Source of the DNA: an uncultured Actinomycetes bacterium
GTDB lineage: Bacteria; Actinomycetota; Thermoleophilia; UBA2241
Direction of reading: 5' to 3'
Length of the DNA stretch: 64,000 bases
NCBI GenBank assembly: GCA_963725665.1
Contig: CAVRZA010000001.1
Span: 32,001 to 96,000 of the forward strand
The translations under genes and the position numbers were made by a program. Under the pieces are notes generated by a model. It saw only the letters and a program-made list of their open reading frames with translations, made no database searches and was not told the origin of the DNA. Shown here one piece after another: positions 20,104-29,819 of the stretch; position 1 is the stretch's first letter; every line of letters starts with the position of its first letter.

Positions 20104-20560
20104 TTGGAACCCGCGCAGCACATCCGCACCCTGCAGCTGACCTACGCCTCTCAGCTCGCCGACTCCGTGCGGCAATATGAGAACGCCGGTGTGCTCGAGC
20201 GCATCACGGCGGAGCGCCGCACCGCGCGTCTCGCGAGTGGCACGGCACAGGCCGCTCAGATGGGTATCACGCAGCCGGCCGAAGCCTTCACGAAGTCGGC
20301 CGAGCTGTTCGGCTGCGCCTACTGGACGGTCGCCGCCGACGCGTGTTCGGAAGAGGAGGCGAGCGACAGCCTCTCGAAGATCGCCGAGCGCTTCCACCTG
20401 TCGCTCTCGACGGTCTCGCATCACGTCAAGGAGCTCAGAAACGCGGGCCGTATCACCTGCGAGAAGCGTGGGCAGAAGCTCCACTGCTGGGTTGAACCGG
20501 AGGTCCTGAAAGGCCTCGAGCAGTTCGCCAAAGGGAGTGGGGGTAAGGAGCTGACCCCTT
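20104..20560 (+). pseudogene. Chimera of a hypothetical N-terminus and an ArsR-type HTH fragment
   Basis: LSLSTVSHHVKELRNAGRITCEKRG ArsR helix follows an unrelated N-half; frame runs on over the next gene. Confidence 0.6.
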
Positions 20561-20611
20561 TCTTTGCGCGCGATGGTTCGATCGCTGTCGAAAGTCTGAA
20601 GGAGAACCGGG

Positions 20612-20974
20612 ATGAAACCAACCACTGTCTGGATGGCCATCGTGCTGCTCGCCGTGGGTGCGTGTGGCCTCCTCGACGCCGCCGGCGTCGCCGACTCGAG
20701 CCAGACCATCGGCCAATGGTGGCCGCTTGCCGTGGTCGGCTGGGCGTTGTCGGAGATGCTGGCCACACGACGGCTGACTCTGGGCGGCGTCGTGTGCGCG
20801 GCCGTCGGCCTCGCGTTGCTGGCCGATGAGCAGGGCTGGGCGAGTGGTGTGTTTGTGTGGTCGTCGCTCGCCGTCTTCATCGGCCTCGCGATTCTCGCCG
20901 ATGCCAGCCTCCGGGGCGGTGGCCACAACGGTGATGACGCTCGCTCGGTCGCTGGCGGCGGAGCGGCGTCATGA
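20612..20974 (+). CDS. Small multi-TM protein (LiaF-TM/DUF5668-like)
   Basis: QWWPL motif, four hydrophobic segments; ATGA overlap with next gene. Confidence 0.65.
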   Translation: MKPTTVWMAIVLLAVGACGLLDAAGVADSSQTIGQWWPLAVVGWALSEMLATRRLTLGGVVCAAVGLALLADEQGWASGVFVWSSLAVFIGLAILADASLRGGGHNGDDARSVAGGGAAS

Positions 20975-21411
20975 GCCGCCTGCCTCAGCTGGGTCGACGC
21001 GGCGAGGGATGGGTGGCGCTGCAGATGGTCCTCGTCGTCGCGATCAGCGCCACCGGAGCGCGCGGCAGAAGGTGGCCCTCAGCGCTACGTTCTCTGCGAC
21101 TGGGGGCGGCGGGTGTGAGGGGACTCATGGCCCTGTACCTCTTTGTCGCTGGGGTTGCGGCCCTGGGGCGGCAGATCACGCCCTTCCCCAAGCCGGTTGA
21201 GCAGGGCAGCGTGAAACGAAGCGGGGCCTACGGGCTGGTCCGCCATCCGATGTACGGCGGGGTGCTGCTGCTCACGCTGGCCTGGTCGTTGGTATCGTCG
21301 CCGCTGGCGCTTGGCCGGCGTCTGCGGCCTCGTCAGGGCGGTGAGCTCTCACGATCCGTCCCAACGGTTCGCCGTGCGCCGCACCGGGAAAACTCAGGCG
21401 TCCCCGCATAA
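20971..21411 (+). pseudogene. Isoprenylcysteine carboxyl methyltransferase/PEMT family protein, C-terminally truncated
   Basis: GAYGLVRHPMY motif; sequence diverges after SPLAL. Confidence 0.7.
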
Positions 21412-21428
21412 ATTAGGAGAGCTTGTCC

Positions 21429-21929
21429 ATGCCTACTGTAGAACAGTCCATCGACGTGAACGTCAACGTGACCACTGCGTACGACCAGTGGACCAGGTTC
21501 GAGAGCTTTCCCCAGTGGATGGAGGGAGTCGCGTCGGTCGACCAGATCGACACCAGCCACCTCCACTGGGTCGCCAAGGTCAGGAACGAGTTCGCCACGG
21601 CAAAGAACGAAACCCGTGAGTGGGACGCCCAAATCACAGAGCAGGCCCGTGACCAGCGCATCTCCTGGGAAAGCGTCGGCGGAAAGCCCGATGAGAAGCC
21701 CAACGCGGGGGCGGCCACGTTTGAGCCGCTCGGCGATTCGTCGTGCCGCGTCACCTTTCGGATGGACTGGGAGCCGGAAGGCGCGCTCGAGACGCCGAGC
21801 GAAGTGCTCGACGCGGTGCACCAGGTGGTGGCGGCGGACCTCGCGCGCTTCAAGGACTTCATCGAGGCGAGAGGCGACCAGACCGGCTCATGGCGAGGCG
21901 AGAAGCTTCTGAAGACAAGCGCCGGCTAA
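21429..21929 (+). CDS. SRPBCC (polyketide cyclase-like) protein
   Basis: YDQWTRFESFPQWMEGV...DLARFKDFIE. Confidence 0.88.
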   Translation: MPTVEQSIDVNVNVTTAYDQWTRFESFPQWMEGVASVDQIDTSHLHWVAKVRNEFATAKNETREWDAQITEQARDQRISWESVGGKPDEKPNAGAATFEPLGDSSCRVTFRMDWEPEGALETPSEVLDAVHQVVAADLARFKDFIEARGDQTGSWRGEKLLKTSAG

Positions 21930-21980
21930 GTCAATCGCTCGGCTCGATCAAGAGCCGATTCAGGGAGTTGACCAAGATGA
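21910..21980 (+). repeat. Duplicated gene leader, copy 1
   Basis: aagtcaatcgctcggctcgatcaagagccga..agggagttga..atga. Confidence 0.85.
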
Positions 21981-22708
21981 GCGATGTTTTGGGTTCCCGC
22001 AGAACGTATTCGAGACTGATCGGAGCGCTGTTTCTGTTGGGGTTTGTCACCTACGGAGTGGGCAGCCTCCTCGTGACTCACGTTCTCCGCGGTGCTGACC
22101 TACTTTCGACGATTTCCGCCCAGCAGACCACCCTGGCCCTCGGAGCCTTTCTGCTGTTGTTGAACTCGGTGGCGGATATTGGCAAAGGTGTCCTCTTCTT
22201 CCCAATTCTGGAGAACCACGGCAAGAGAACCGCGCTGGCCTACCTGGCCGCGATGATCGTCGAGGTAGTCCTGTTGGCCGTCGGGGCGCTCGGTGTGCTG
22301 ATGGTCATTCCCTTGAGCCGACACGGTGTTGACGCGGGTGTGGCGAGCGTGGTGGGGGCCAAGGCCCTCGCATCGGTCGCGACCCAGTGGAACACCATGG
22401 CCTACCAGATCGCAGAGATGTCGCTGGCATTCGGCGGCGTGTTCCTCTGTGCGCTGCTGTTCCGGACCTGGCTCATCCCTCGATTCCTCTCGGTGTGGGG
22501 CTTGATCGGCTACGCGCTCCTCATGGCGGGAGCCATCGCTGAGATCTTCGGGGTCCACATCGGCCTCGTGCTCTCGATCCCCGGTGGAGGCTTCGAAGTG
22601 GTGTTGGCCTTCTGGCTCATCATCAAGGGCTTCCAGCCGGAGGCCTACGGCCGTGATTCGAAGTCGCCGCTCGTGGGGCCGGCGGCAGAGCTGGACGCGG
22701 CAGCTTAG
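21977..22708 (+). CDS. DUF4386 family membrane protein
   Basis: LIPRFLSVWGLIGY...FEVVLAFWLIIKGF. Confidence 0.85.
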   Translation: MSDVLGSRRTYSRLIGALFLLGFVTYGVGSLLVTHVLRGADLLSTISAQQTTLALGAFLLLLNSVADIGKGVLFFPILENHGKRTALAYLAAMIVEVVLLAVGALGVLMVIPLSRHGVDAGVASVVGAKALASVATQWNTMAYQIAEMSLAFGGVFLCALLFRTWLIPRFLSVWGLIGYALLMAGAIAEIFGVHIGLVLSIPGGGFEVVLAFWLIIKGFQPEAYGRDSKSPLVGPAAELDAAA

Positions 22709-22771
22709 GGCCATGTGACGGGACCGCTGGACGCTGTCGAGTGGTCCCGTAACGGCCTGTGCGTTTCCCCT

Positions 22772-22843
22772 CAGAAACAAAGCACTGGCCAAGTCAATCG
22801 CTCGGCTCGATCAAGAGCCGACCTAGGGAGTTGATCGACATGA
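22772..22843 (+). repeat. Duplicated gene leader, copy 2
   Basis: Near-identical to 21910-21980. Confidence 0.85.
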
Positions 22844-23844
22844 AGGCGATAGTGCAGGACAGGTACGGGTCGTTCGCGGCCCTGGAAAGCAGGGACATCG
22901 CCAAGCCCGAGATCGGTGAGCACGAGGTGCTGGTGCGGGTGGCTGCCGCGGGCCTCCACATCGGCGACTGCTTCGGCGTGAAGGGCGCGCCGCTGCTCAT
23001 GCGTCTGGAGAGCGGCCTGCTGCGACCGAAGAACGGCGTGCCGGGATACGACTTCGCGGGGCGGGTCGAGGCGGTCGGACCCGGCGTGGCTGCGTTCCAG
23101 CCCGGCGATGAGGTGTTCGGCGCGACCAAGGGCACCTGTGCCGAGTATGTGCCCGTTGCCGAAGACAAGCTCGCCCTAAAGCCGGCCAACCTCTCCTACG
23201 AGCAGGCGGCCGCCTTGCCCACGTCGGCCCTCGCGGCGTTGCACGGCCTGCGTGACGCCGGCAAGCTGCAGCCCGGTCAGAAGGTCCTCATCAACGGCGC
23301 CTCGGGCGGCGTCGGCAGCTTCGCCGTGCAGATCGCCAAGGCCTTCGGGGCGGAGGTGACCGGCGTGACAAGCACGAACAACGTGGAGATGGTGCGCTCG
23401 CTCGGCGCCGACCACGTGATCGACTACACGCGGGAGGACTTCACCACGGGCGGGCCGCGCTACGACCTCATCTTCGACAACGTGGAGAACCGCTCGCTGC
23501 GCGACTGCCGGCGGGCGCTCACGCCCGACGGCACTCTCGTTCTAAACAGTGGCACGGGGGCCCACGGGCTCGCCATGCTGGTGCGCCTTCTCCGGCCACT
23601 GGTGCTGTCGCCGTTCCTGCATCAGAATCTGCGCCGCTATCTCTCGCACCCGAATCGCACCGACCTGAACGTCCTGAAGGCGCTCGCGGAAGAGGGGAAG
23701 CTCAGGCCGGTCATCGATCGCACCTACCCGCTCGGGGATACCGCTACGGCGCTTCGCCACATCGAGGCGGGACACACTCGCGGGAAGGTCGTCGTCAGCG
23801 TGTCAGACGCCGTCGCCCGCGAGGATCAACGGAAGACAGCCTGA
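22840..23844 (+). CDS. NAD(P)-dependent medium-chain oxidoreductase (MDR family)
   Basis: PGYDFAGRV, INGASGGVG and LGADHVIDY motifs. Confidence 0.9.
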   Translation: MKAIVQDRYGSFAALESRDIAKPEIGEHEVLVRVAAAGLHIGDCFGVKGAPLLMRLESGLLRPKNGVPGYDFAGRVEAVGPGVAAFQPGDEVFGATKGTCAEYVPVAEDKLALKPANLSYEQAAALPTSALAALHGLRDAGKLQPGQKVLINGASGGVGSFAVQIAKAFGAEVTGVTSTNNVEMVRSLGADHVIDYTREDFTTGGPRYDLIFDNVENRSLRDCRRALTPDGTLVLNSGTGAHGLAMLVRLLRPLVLSPFLHQNLRRYLSHPNRTDLNVLKALAEEGKLRPVIDRTYPLGDTATALRHIEAGHTRGKVVVSVSDAVAREDQRKTA

Positions 23845-24036
23845 AAGGGCAGGAGCCGCCGCCCCAGGAGCCGTTTCTGGCGCAACCACGCAACTATCCA
23901 GCCTCAACAATTGGCGCCACCATTGGGGGCGGAGGTCAGAGCACGACGGAGCGGCGCCGGCGGTCCGACAAAGCGTCGCCTTAAACAGGCCCGGGAAAGC
24001 AGTCATTGCGGGACTTGCCGACAGGAAGGAGAGCAC

Positions 24037-24450
24037 GTGGCAGCCCAACCAGAACCCACGCCAATGCCGGATATGCGACTTGAGCTGGTACCCGTGCCAG
24101 TGTCGGACGTGGATCGCGCCAAGGCCTTCTATCAGAAGATCGGGTTCGGCAACGTGCATGACACGCAGGTGACCGACACCATGAGGGTGGTGCAGTTCAC
24201 CCCACCCGGCTCTTCGTGCGCCATCGTCTTCGGCACCGGCATGGGGCCAATCACCGACATGCAACCCGGATCCGTCAAGGGTCTGCATCTCGTCGTGAAG
24301 GACATCGACGAGGCTCGCGAGGCGCTCATTGAGCGAGGTGCCGATGTCGGCGAGGTCAATGACATTGGAGGCGTCAAGTACGCCTGGTTCAGCGATCCCG
24401 ACGGCAATCTCTGGGGCCTGCAGCAATGGCCCGAGGGCTATGAAGGTTAG
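24037..24450 (+). CDS. VOC/glyoxalase family protein
   Basis: VPVSDVDRAKAFY...FSDPDGN. Confidence 0.88.
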   Translation: MAAQPEPTPMPDMRLELVPVPVSDVDRAKAFYQKIGFGNVHDTQVTDTMRVVQFTPPGSSCAIVFGTGMGPITDMQPGSVKGLHLVVKDIDEAREALIERGADVGEVNDIGGVKYAWFSDPDGNLWGLQQWPEGYEG

Positions 24451-24525
24451 TGGAAACGCCAGCCGGACGATCAGCTTCTGACGTCACTTAGCTAAAGCGG
24501 GGACCCGATCGAAAGGACACGAGAG

Positions 24526-25137
24526 ATGAGAAAGCTGATCGTGAGCACCTTCTTGACCCTCGACGGGGTCATGCAGGCCCCGGGCGGACCTGGAGAGGAC
24601 GACAGCGGCGGCTTCGCGCACGGTGGCTGGTCGGTGAACTATTGGGACGAGCAGATGGGTCAGGTCATGGGCGAGGCGATGAGCGCGCCGTTCGACCTCC
24701 TTCTCGGACGCAAGACCTACGACATCTTCGCCGCATATTGGCCACGCGCCTCAGACGATGCCGGCGCCAAGCCATCGAACGACGCCACCAAGTACGTCGC
24801 CTCGCGGGGTCATCCCACGCTGCAGTGGAGCAGCTCGGTCCTGATCGAGGGTGACGCCGCCGAAGGCATCGCGGCGCTCAAGAAGGGAGATGGACCAGAG
24901 CTGCAGGTGCATGGCAGCGGGAATCTGATCCAGACGCTCTTGCGCCACCACCTTGTCGACCAGTACCGCCTGTGGGTCTTCCCCCTCGTCATCGGGTCGG
25001 GCAAACGCCTGTTCTCCGACGGCACCATCCCCTCCGGGCTGAAACTCGTCGACAGCAAGGTCTCCACCACCGGAGTCGTGATCGGTATCTACGAGCCGGC
25101 AGGCGAGATCGTCACAGGATCGTTCGCGCTGGACTGA
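24526..25137 (+). CDS. Dihydrofolate reductase/RibD C-terminal family protein
   Basis: TLDGVMQAPG, LLGRKTY, GSGKRLF. Confidence 0.9.
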   Translation: MRKLIVSTFLTLDGVMQAPGGPGEDDSGGFAHGGWSVNYWDEQMGQVMGEAMSAPFDLLLGRKTYDIFAAYWPRASDDAGAKPSNDATKYVASRGHPTLQWSSSVLIEGDAAEGIAALKKGDGPELQVHGSGNLIQTLLRHHLVDQYRLWVFPLVIGSGKRLFSDGTIPSGLKLVDSKVSTTGVVIGIYEPAGEIVTGSFALD

Positions 25138-25163
25138 CCGCGCTCGGAAACACTCACCGAGCA

Positions 25164-25274
25164 TGAACCGCCTTAATGGGGCGGTAACGAAATGGCCTTC
25201 GAGACGCCTCGGTGAGCGTGGAGGGAGGGGAGTAATCCCCTCTCCCATGGCCACGCGCAACCACCCTGCAACCC
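25164..25274 (+). repeat. Repeat family R2, full copy
   Basis: ccgcc-N7-ggcggtaac core, tgagcgtgga, hairpin, gcaaccaccctgcaaccc. Confidence 0.85.
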
Positions 25275-25452
25275 TTTGACTCCAGGGAGCCCCCTCCACA
25301 CGCACGTTGGGCCGGCATTTTGGAGGGAAGGGAGGGGGCTCTTGGGGGTCGGCTTGGGTTGCCAGCGTGCCGCCGGTCGCTCGCCACTGGCACGGCGGCA
25401 GCGGCGACGAACCCGGGAGAGATCCCTCGCCCCTACCCTCCGCTGGCCACAA

Positions 25453-25548
25453 GCCCCAGAACATGTCGGCACGGCGATGGCTTCCGTGGCCTACGGAAGG
25501 CATCTCCGTCGCGCTTTCAGATATCGAGGGGTATTCCGGGCCGCCTCC
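25453..25548 (+). repeat. Repeat family R1, copy 3 (subtype A)
   Basis: gatggcttccg-tggccta-cggaaggcatc...gaggggtattccgggccgcctc. Confidence 0.85.
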
Positions 25549-25699
25549 GCGCTCACCGATGGGCGACCACCCCGAGAGCGGCGGCCATCGGGGTGGTCGC
25601 ATTGGCTTCGACCCGGTCGTGTCGTCGTGTCGGTGAGCAGAGCAAGCACCGGTACGGACACTTAGCAGGACAGTGCTCCCCCGCTCTGCCCCGCGATGG

Positions 25700-26077
25700 C
25701 TACTGCGCCGGCCGCAGCCGAAACGCTGACCAGGTGTCGTCGATGCCCACGAGACCCAGCGGCCGCATCTCCATCCTCTCGGCGATCGCCCAGATGCTGT
25801 CGCGGTTCATGTCGAGGCCTGCCGCCTTCGACCCCTTGCGGTAGAAGACCCAGATCGCAGCCCCGGGAGCCAGCCGCTCGACTACTGGTGGCAGCTGCGA
25901 TTCGAGCTCCGCGCGAGTGTTCACGAACAGGAACACGAGCTGGGCATCGGCGGGCTCGACGAACGTGACGTCCTCAGGCAGCCCCAACGACTCGACGACG
26001 CCGGGGACCCGGTGCAGGACGGCGATCCTGGTCCCTGGCTTGATGCGCGCCTTCTCGGCGACGCTCCTCTCGCTCAC
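25700..26077 (-). CDS. DUF3052-like conserved protein
   Basis: IWVFYRKGSK...LNRD-like...IDDTWSAFRLR; aaggagg RBS. Confidence 0.75.
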   Translation of the reverse strand: MSERSVAEKARIKPGTRIAVLHRVPGVVESLGLPEDVTFVEPADAQLVFLFVNTRAELESQLPPVVERLAPGAAIWVFYRKGSKAAGLDMNRDSIWAIAERMEMRPLGLVGIDDTWSAFRLRPAQ

Positions 26078-26212
26078 ATTGCCTCCTTCGAGGGTGATGA
26101 GGGTGGGCGAATCACAATCGATGTACCCGATTGACGTATGCAATCCCACCCCGACAGGTTCGTCGATGGGGTTGGCGGAATCGGGTAGTTCTCACGGAGG
26201 TTGACGAGCGTC

Positions 26213-26320
26213 GGCCCCGGCCGTGGCTGATCTGGTCTGCGCGCAGAGAGGCCTTCCCTGGCCCAAGGAAGGTATCTCGGAGACGCTCTGAGATATCGAG
26301 GGGGTATTCTGGGCCGCCTC
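26213..26320 (+). repeat. Repeat family R1, copy 4 (subtype B)
   Basis: gaggccttccc-tggccca-aggaaggtatc...gagggggtattctgggccgcctc. Confidence 0.85.
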
Positions 26321-26895
26321 GAGGCCCAGGGCGCGACAGCCGAAGCCTTAGAGAGCACTGTAGCCCATGCATCTCCGCAGCGCGTTCGTACAACCTGCTT
26401 CAAACGATAAACCGGGTGCTTCGTCGGCAAGACATCCCACCACGGACGTCGACGTGACGGCCTTCGGAAATGGCTGTGCGGCGAGCGGACGTTGGCGGCA
26501 TGAGTGCAGTCCTGCCACTCCTGCTGCTCCCCGTTGTCTGAAATGGTTACAGCAGGCCGTGTTCCGAGGGAGACTAGGGAGGCACGCTACGCCCTCCCGT
26601 GCGTGGTGCGTGCAGGGCCGCCGAGGTGCGGGAACTCGGTGACCGTTCTGTGCTGGAGGGAAGCGGGCCGCGACTGTCTTCCCGCTCGTCAGCGCCAGCG
26701 TAGCCGCTGCCCTCACGGGTGGCGGGCCTTCTGCTGCCCCGTCAGACGGCGAGCGCCGCGCCTCGCTCACGTCCGCCAGTGGCGCCGCGGAGATAGAAGC
26801 GGCCAAGACCTGACGCGCCCCGGGCGGTGTCGCCGCAGAACGACACCGCCCGGTCTTGACCACCGCCTACGTGCGGCGGCCGTCTCTGCTCTTGT

Positions 26896-27531
26896 TCAGG
26901 CAGCGCTGCACAGCGGGTCTTCGGGGTGCTGTGCGCAGTAGGTCGCCGACGCGAGCGCGCCGGGCCGCCGGCGACGGCGAGCCAGTGCCCACGCGGCGAT
27001 GACGACGATGAGCGCGGCCGCGGCCGAGCCGGCAACGATCCAGGTGGTCGTGGAAGACGTGCCCGACGAGGCAGGGGCCTGCGCGGCCGCAATCGTGCCG
27101 CTCCCTGCGACGGTGTTCGACACGTTGTTGAAGTGGTGCCGGTGCAGGATCAGGGCCTGCGCGGCCGCCTCGCGTAACGCGGTCGCCACGCTCGTGGACG
27201 ACCCGCCGGGGACGTAGTTGGCGCCCCAGGCCCACCCGGTCGGCAGCTGCGCGGTCGCCACGCTCGTGGACGACCCGCCGGGGACGTAGTTGGCGCCCCA
27301 GGCCCACCCGGTCGGCAGCTGCGCGGTCGCCACACGGGGCGCGTACGGCCCGATGCCCTGATGCTGTTGGACCTGAGCCAGCGTCGGCAGCTGCAGGGTG
27401 TTGAACGTGCTCGTGCCCGACCCCGTCCCCTGTGCAGCCTGCGCGGCCTGGACGCCCAGCGAGACCACGAGCAGCGACAACAGGAGCACGCCCGAAAAAC
27501 GCACGAGCCGTTTCTGTGCTGAAGTGTGCAT
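26896..27531 (-). CDS. Secreted/membrane-anchored protein with 24-aa tandem duplication
   Basis: Signal peptide ending AQA, C-terminal TM plus RRRR, Cys-containing tail. Confidence 0.75.
   Translation of the reverse strand: MHTSAQKRLVRFSGVLLLSLLVVSLGVQAAQAAQGTGSGTSTFNTLQLPTLAQVQQHQGIGPYAPRVATAQLPTGWAWGANYVPGGSSTSVATAQLPTGWAWGANYVPGGSSTSVATALREAAAQALILHRHHFNNVSNTVAGSGTIAAAQAPASSGTSSTTTWIVAGSAAAALIVVIAAWALARRRRRPGALASATYCAQHPEDPLCSAA
27179..27333. repeat. Perfect 72-bp tandem repeat (two copies plus 11 bp)
   Basis: Units start at 27179, 27251 and 27323. Confidence 0.92.
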
Positions 27532-27933
27532 ATCCTCACCTCCCGGAAGCCGACGCTGCCGTCGCGGCAGGGCCAGCGACCCCTTTGAGACGGGAAACCC
27601 GACCAACAGGGGTTTCTGGCCCCCGATAGGCCCCAGATAAACCCTATCTCCGCAGGGTTAACATTTCGGTGACCGACCTCGCCCGTGCCAACTCATCGTC
27701 AGCCCTTGCAGCTTGACCGGGGCGTGCCCTACGGTCGCACCTGACCGGACGATCTGTGCGTGTGGGCGAAGTCTCGGCTCAGCACTGAGCAGGGCAGGCG
27801 GGCGTGAAGGCAATAGGGGCGCGACCGTCTACCCGAACGTCAGCGCCAGCGTGGCCGGCCCCGGTCGGTTAGCGCAAGCGGGCGCGCTGGCGGGTGGCCG
27901 CCAAGCAACATGACAATGGGCACTCAGCTCGGC

Positions 27934-28383
27934 CTAGGCTCTTGACCCAGTGCGCACATCCTCGAGCAGGCCGCTAATGGTCAAGCGAAGGCCCTCTTTA
28001 TGGACCTCGTCCGGGTACGCGAACGCGAAGGCGTGCCGGTACAACCGGACGTTGGGTCGCTCTTCCTTGTGGGCTTGAAAACGGAAGGCCTTCTCGGCTG
28101 CCGCGACGTATTCGTGTGGCTGGCCCGTGCGCTCCGCCTCCTGCTTCTCGTCCATGCTCAGTGGCGCAAACGCGCCGATTCTCCGGAGCATGACCATGTC
28201 CGTCGGCTCGCTCCAGCCAAACACCGTGGGGTTCGTGGCCATGGCGCGTTGAAACTCGAAGATCTCGTCGCCGAGAAACAGCACTTCCTTCTCCCTCCTG
28301 GCCAACAGCGTCGCCAGGTCGGCTCCTTCTTCGGCGCCTGGCAGGCGCCAGTCGGGTTTCTGCTGCTGCTGCTCACCGTTCAC
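27934..28383 (-). CDS. Hypothetical protein
   Basis: 149-aa ORF with gagggggag RBS before GTG. Confidence 0.6.
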   Translation of the reverse strand: MNGEQQQQKPDWRLPGAEEGADLATLLARREKEVLFLGDEIFEFQRAMATNPTVFGWSEPTDMVMLRRIGAFAPLSMDEKQEAERTGQPHEYVAAAEKAFRFQAHKEERPNVRLYRHAFAFAYPDEVHKEGLRLTISGLLEDVRTGSRA

Positions 28384-28775
28384 GACTCCCCCTCTCCGGT
28401 GTGTGCGGGATTCACGCGGAAGCTAGTAGGGGGCCGACCGAGGCGCTTATGGCGACCGCAGACGGGTCTCGCGGCCGGCCCGGGGAAAGCGTACGTCGGC
28501 GCGCTGGCGGGCGCCAGGGTGACAACAGGCCATTGATTGCCTCGAGGTAGGGGGGTGTCTATCCTCTTCCCAGCATAAGGCCCGCCGGGTGTTGGCGTGG
28601 CGTAGAGGAAAGAGGAAGCTCAGTCTCACCCGGACGTCACCCCGGGCCAAGCCTGAGCTATGCCTCGCCTGGCTCGCCACGCTCCGTACTCCGGCGGGCC
28701 ACTGAATACTATCGCCTTCCAGCACCCGTTGCCCAGTGAGACAACAACCGCTTGCGCAGGGCAGGTGTTTCGAGC

Positions 28776-28823
28776 TGGTAGCGCATACCGGATTCGAACC
28801 GGTGTTACCGCCGTGAGAGGGCG
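28776..28823 (-). repeat. Perfect 48-bp 3' duplicate of tRNA-Glu (att)
   Basis: Identical to 45559-45606, spanning CCA end through the anticodon arm. Confidence 0.95.
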
Positions 28824-29177
28824 CCTATCAGTCTGCTAATGGGTGCTACCGAGTGCTTCTGAGAGCCATCCTGAGCGTGGAAAATCGGAGTCGAGTGCCA
28901 GTTAGAGGTACTGAGAGCCAACCAGTGCCGCTGAGTCTGGTTGCAGACGGGTTGCGGACGGGACCGTGCAAGCTCTGCCTTGAGACCGGCCCCTCCACTT
29001 GTAGTAGTTGAAAGCAAGCGCTGTGCGGTGAGGTGGCAGACAAGTCGGTCGAGCTTCCCTCCTCCGGCCGCCGATGCCAAGGTGACACGGCAGGCGGTAG
29101 GTCAAAAGGCGTATCCTATGGGGGTTTCGAGAGTGTTTAGGGGGAGTCCTGGGGTTTTGAGCGGTGCAAGAGAGACA

Positions 29178-29819
29178 GTGACGGGTGAGGGTCCTATCCG
29201 CGTCATGATCGTGGACGACCACGCCGTCGTCAGAAGCGGCCTCTCCGCCTTCCTGTTCGCATTCGATGACCTCGAATGCGTGGGAGAGGCCACGGGGGGT
29301 GCGGACGCGGTCCGCAAGTGCGTCTTGCTCAAACCCGACGTCATCCTCATGGACCTCGTCATGCCTGACGTGGACGGCGCCGAAGCCACCCGCCGCATCA
29401 AGGAGACATGCCCCGACGTCCAGGTGATCGCCCTCACCAGCTACAAGGAGGACGATCTGGTCCAGGGGGCGCTCAAGGCCGGTGCCATCAGCTATCTGCT
29501 GAAGAACGTCTCCGCCGACGAGCTCGCCAACGCGATCCGGGCGGCGCACGCGGGTCGCTCCACGCTGGCGCCTGAGGCAGCCCAAGTATTGATCAAGGCG
29601 GCGACCGAGCCGCCGGCTGCCGAGGAGGGGCTCACGAGCAGGGAGCTCGACATTCTCAGGCTGATGGTGGCCGGCGAGAGCAACCCCGACATCGCGGCCA
29701 AGCTCTTCGTGAGCCGGTCCACGGTCAAGTTCCATGTGAGCAACATCCTGATGAAGCTGGGAGCTACCAGCCGCACCGAGGCGGTCGCCATGGCCCTGCA
29801 GAAGAAGCTGGTGGAATGA
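29178..29819 (+). CDS. NarL/LuxR family response regulator
   Basis: VDDHAVVR, MDLVMP, LTSRELDIL and TVKFHVSNI motifs. Confidence 0.93.
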   Translation: MTGEGPIRVMIVDDHAVVRSGLSAFLFAFDDLECVGEATGGADAVRKCVLLKPDVILMDLVMPDVDGAEATRRIKETCPDVQVIALTSYKEDDLVQGALKAGAISYLLKNVSADELANAIRAAHAGRSTLAPEAAQVLIKAATEPPAAEEGLTSRELDILRLMVAGESNPDIAAKLFVSRSTVKFHVSNILMKLGATSRTEAVAMALQKKLVE

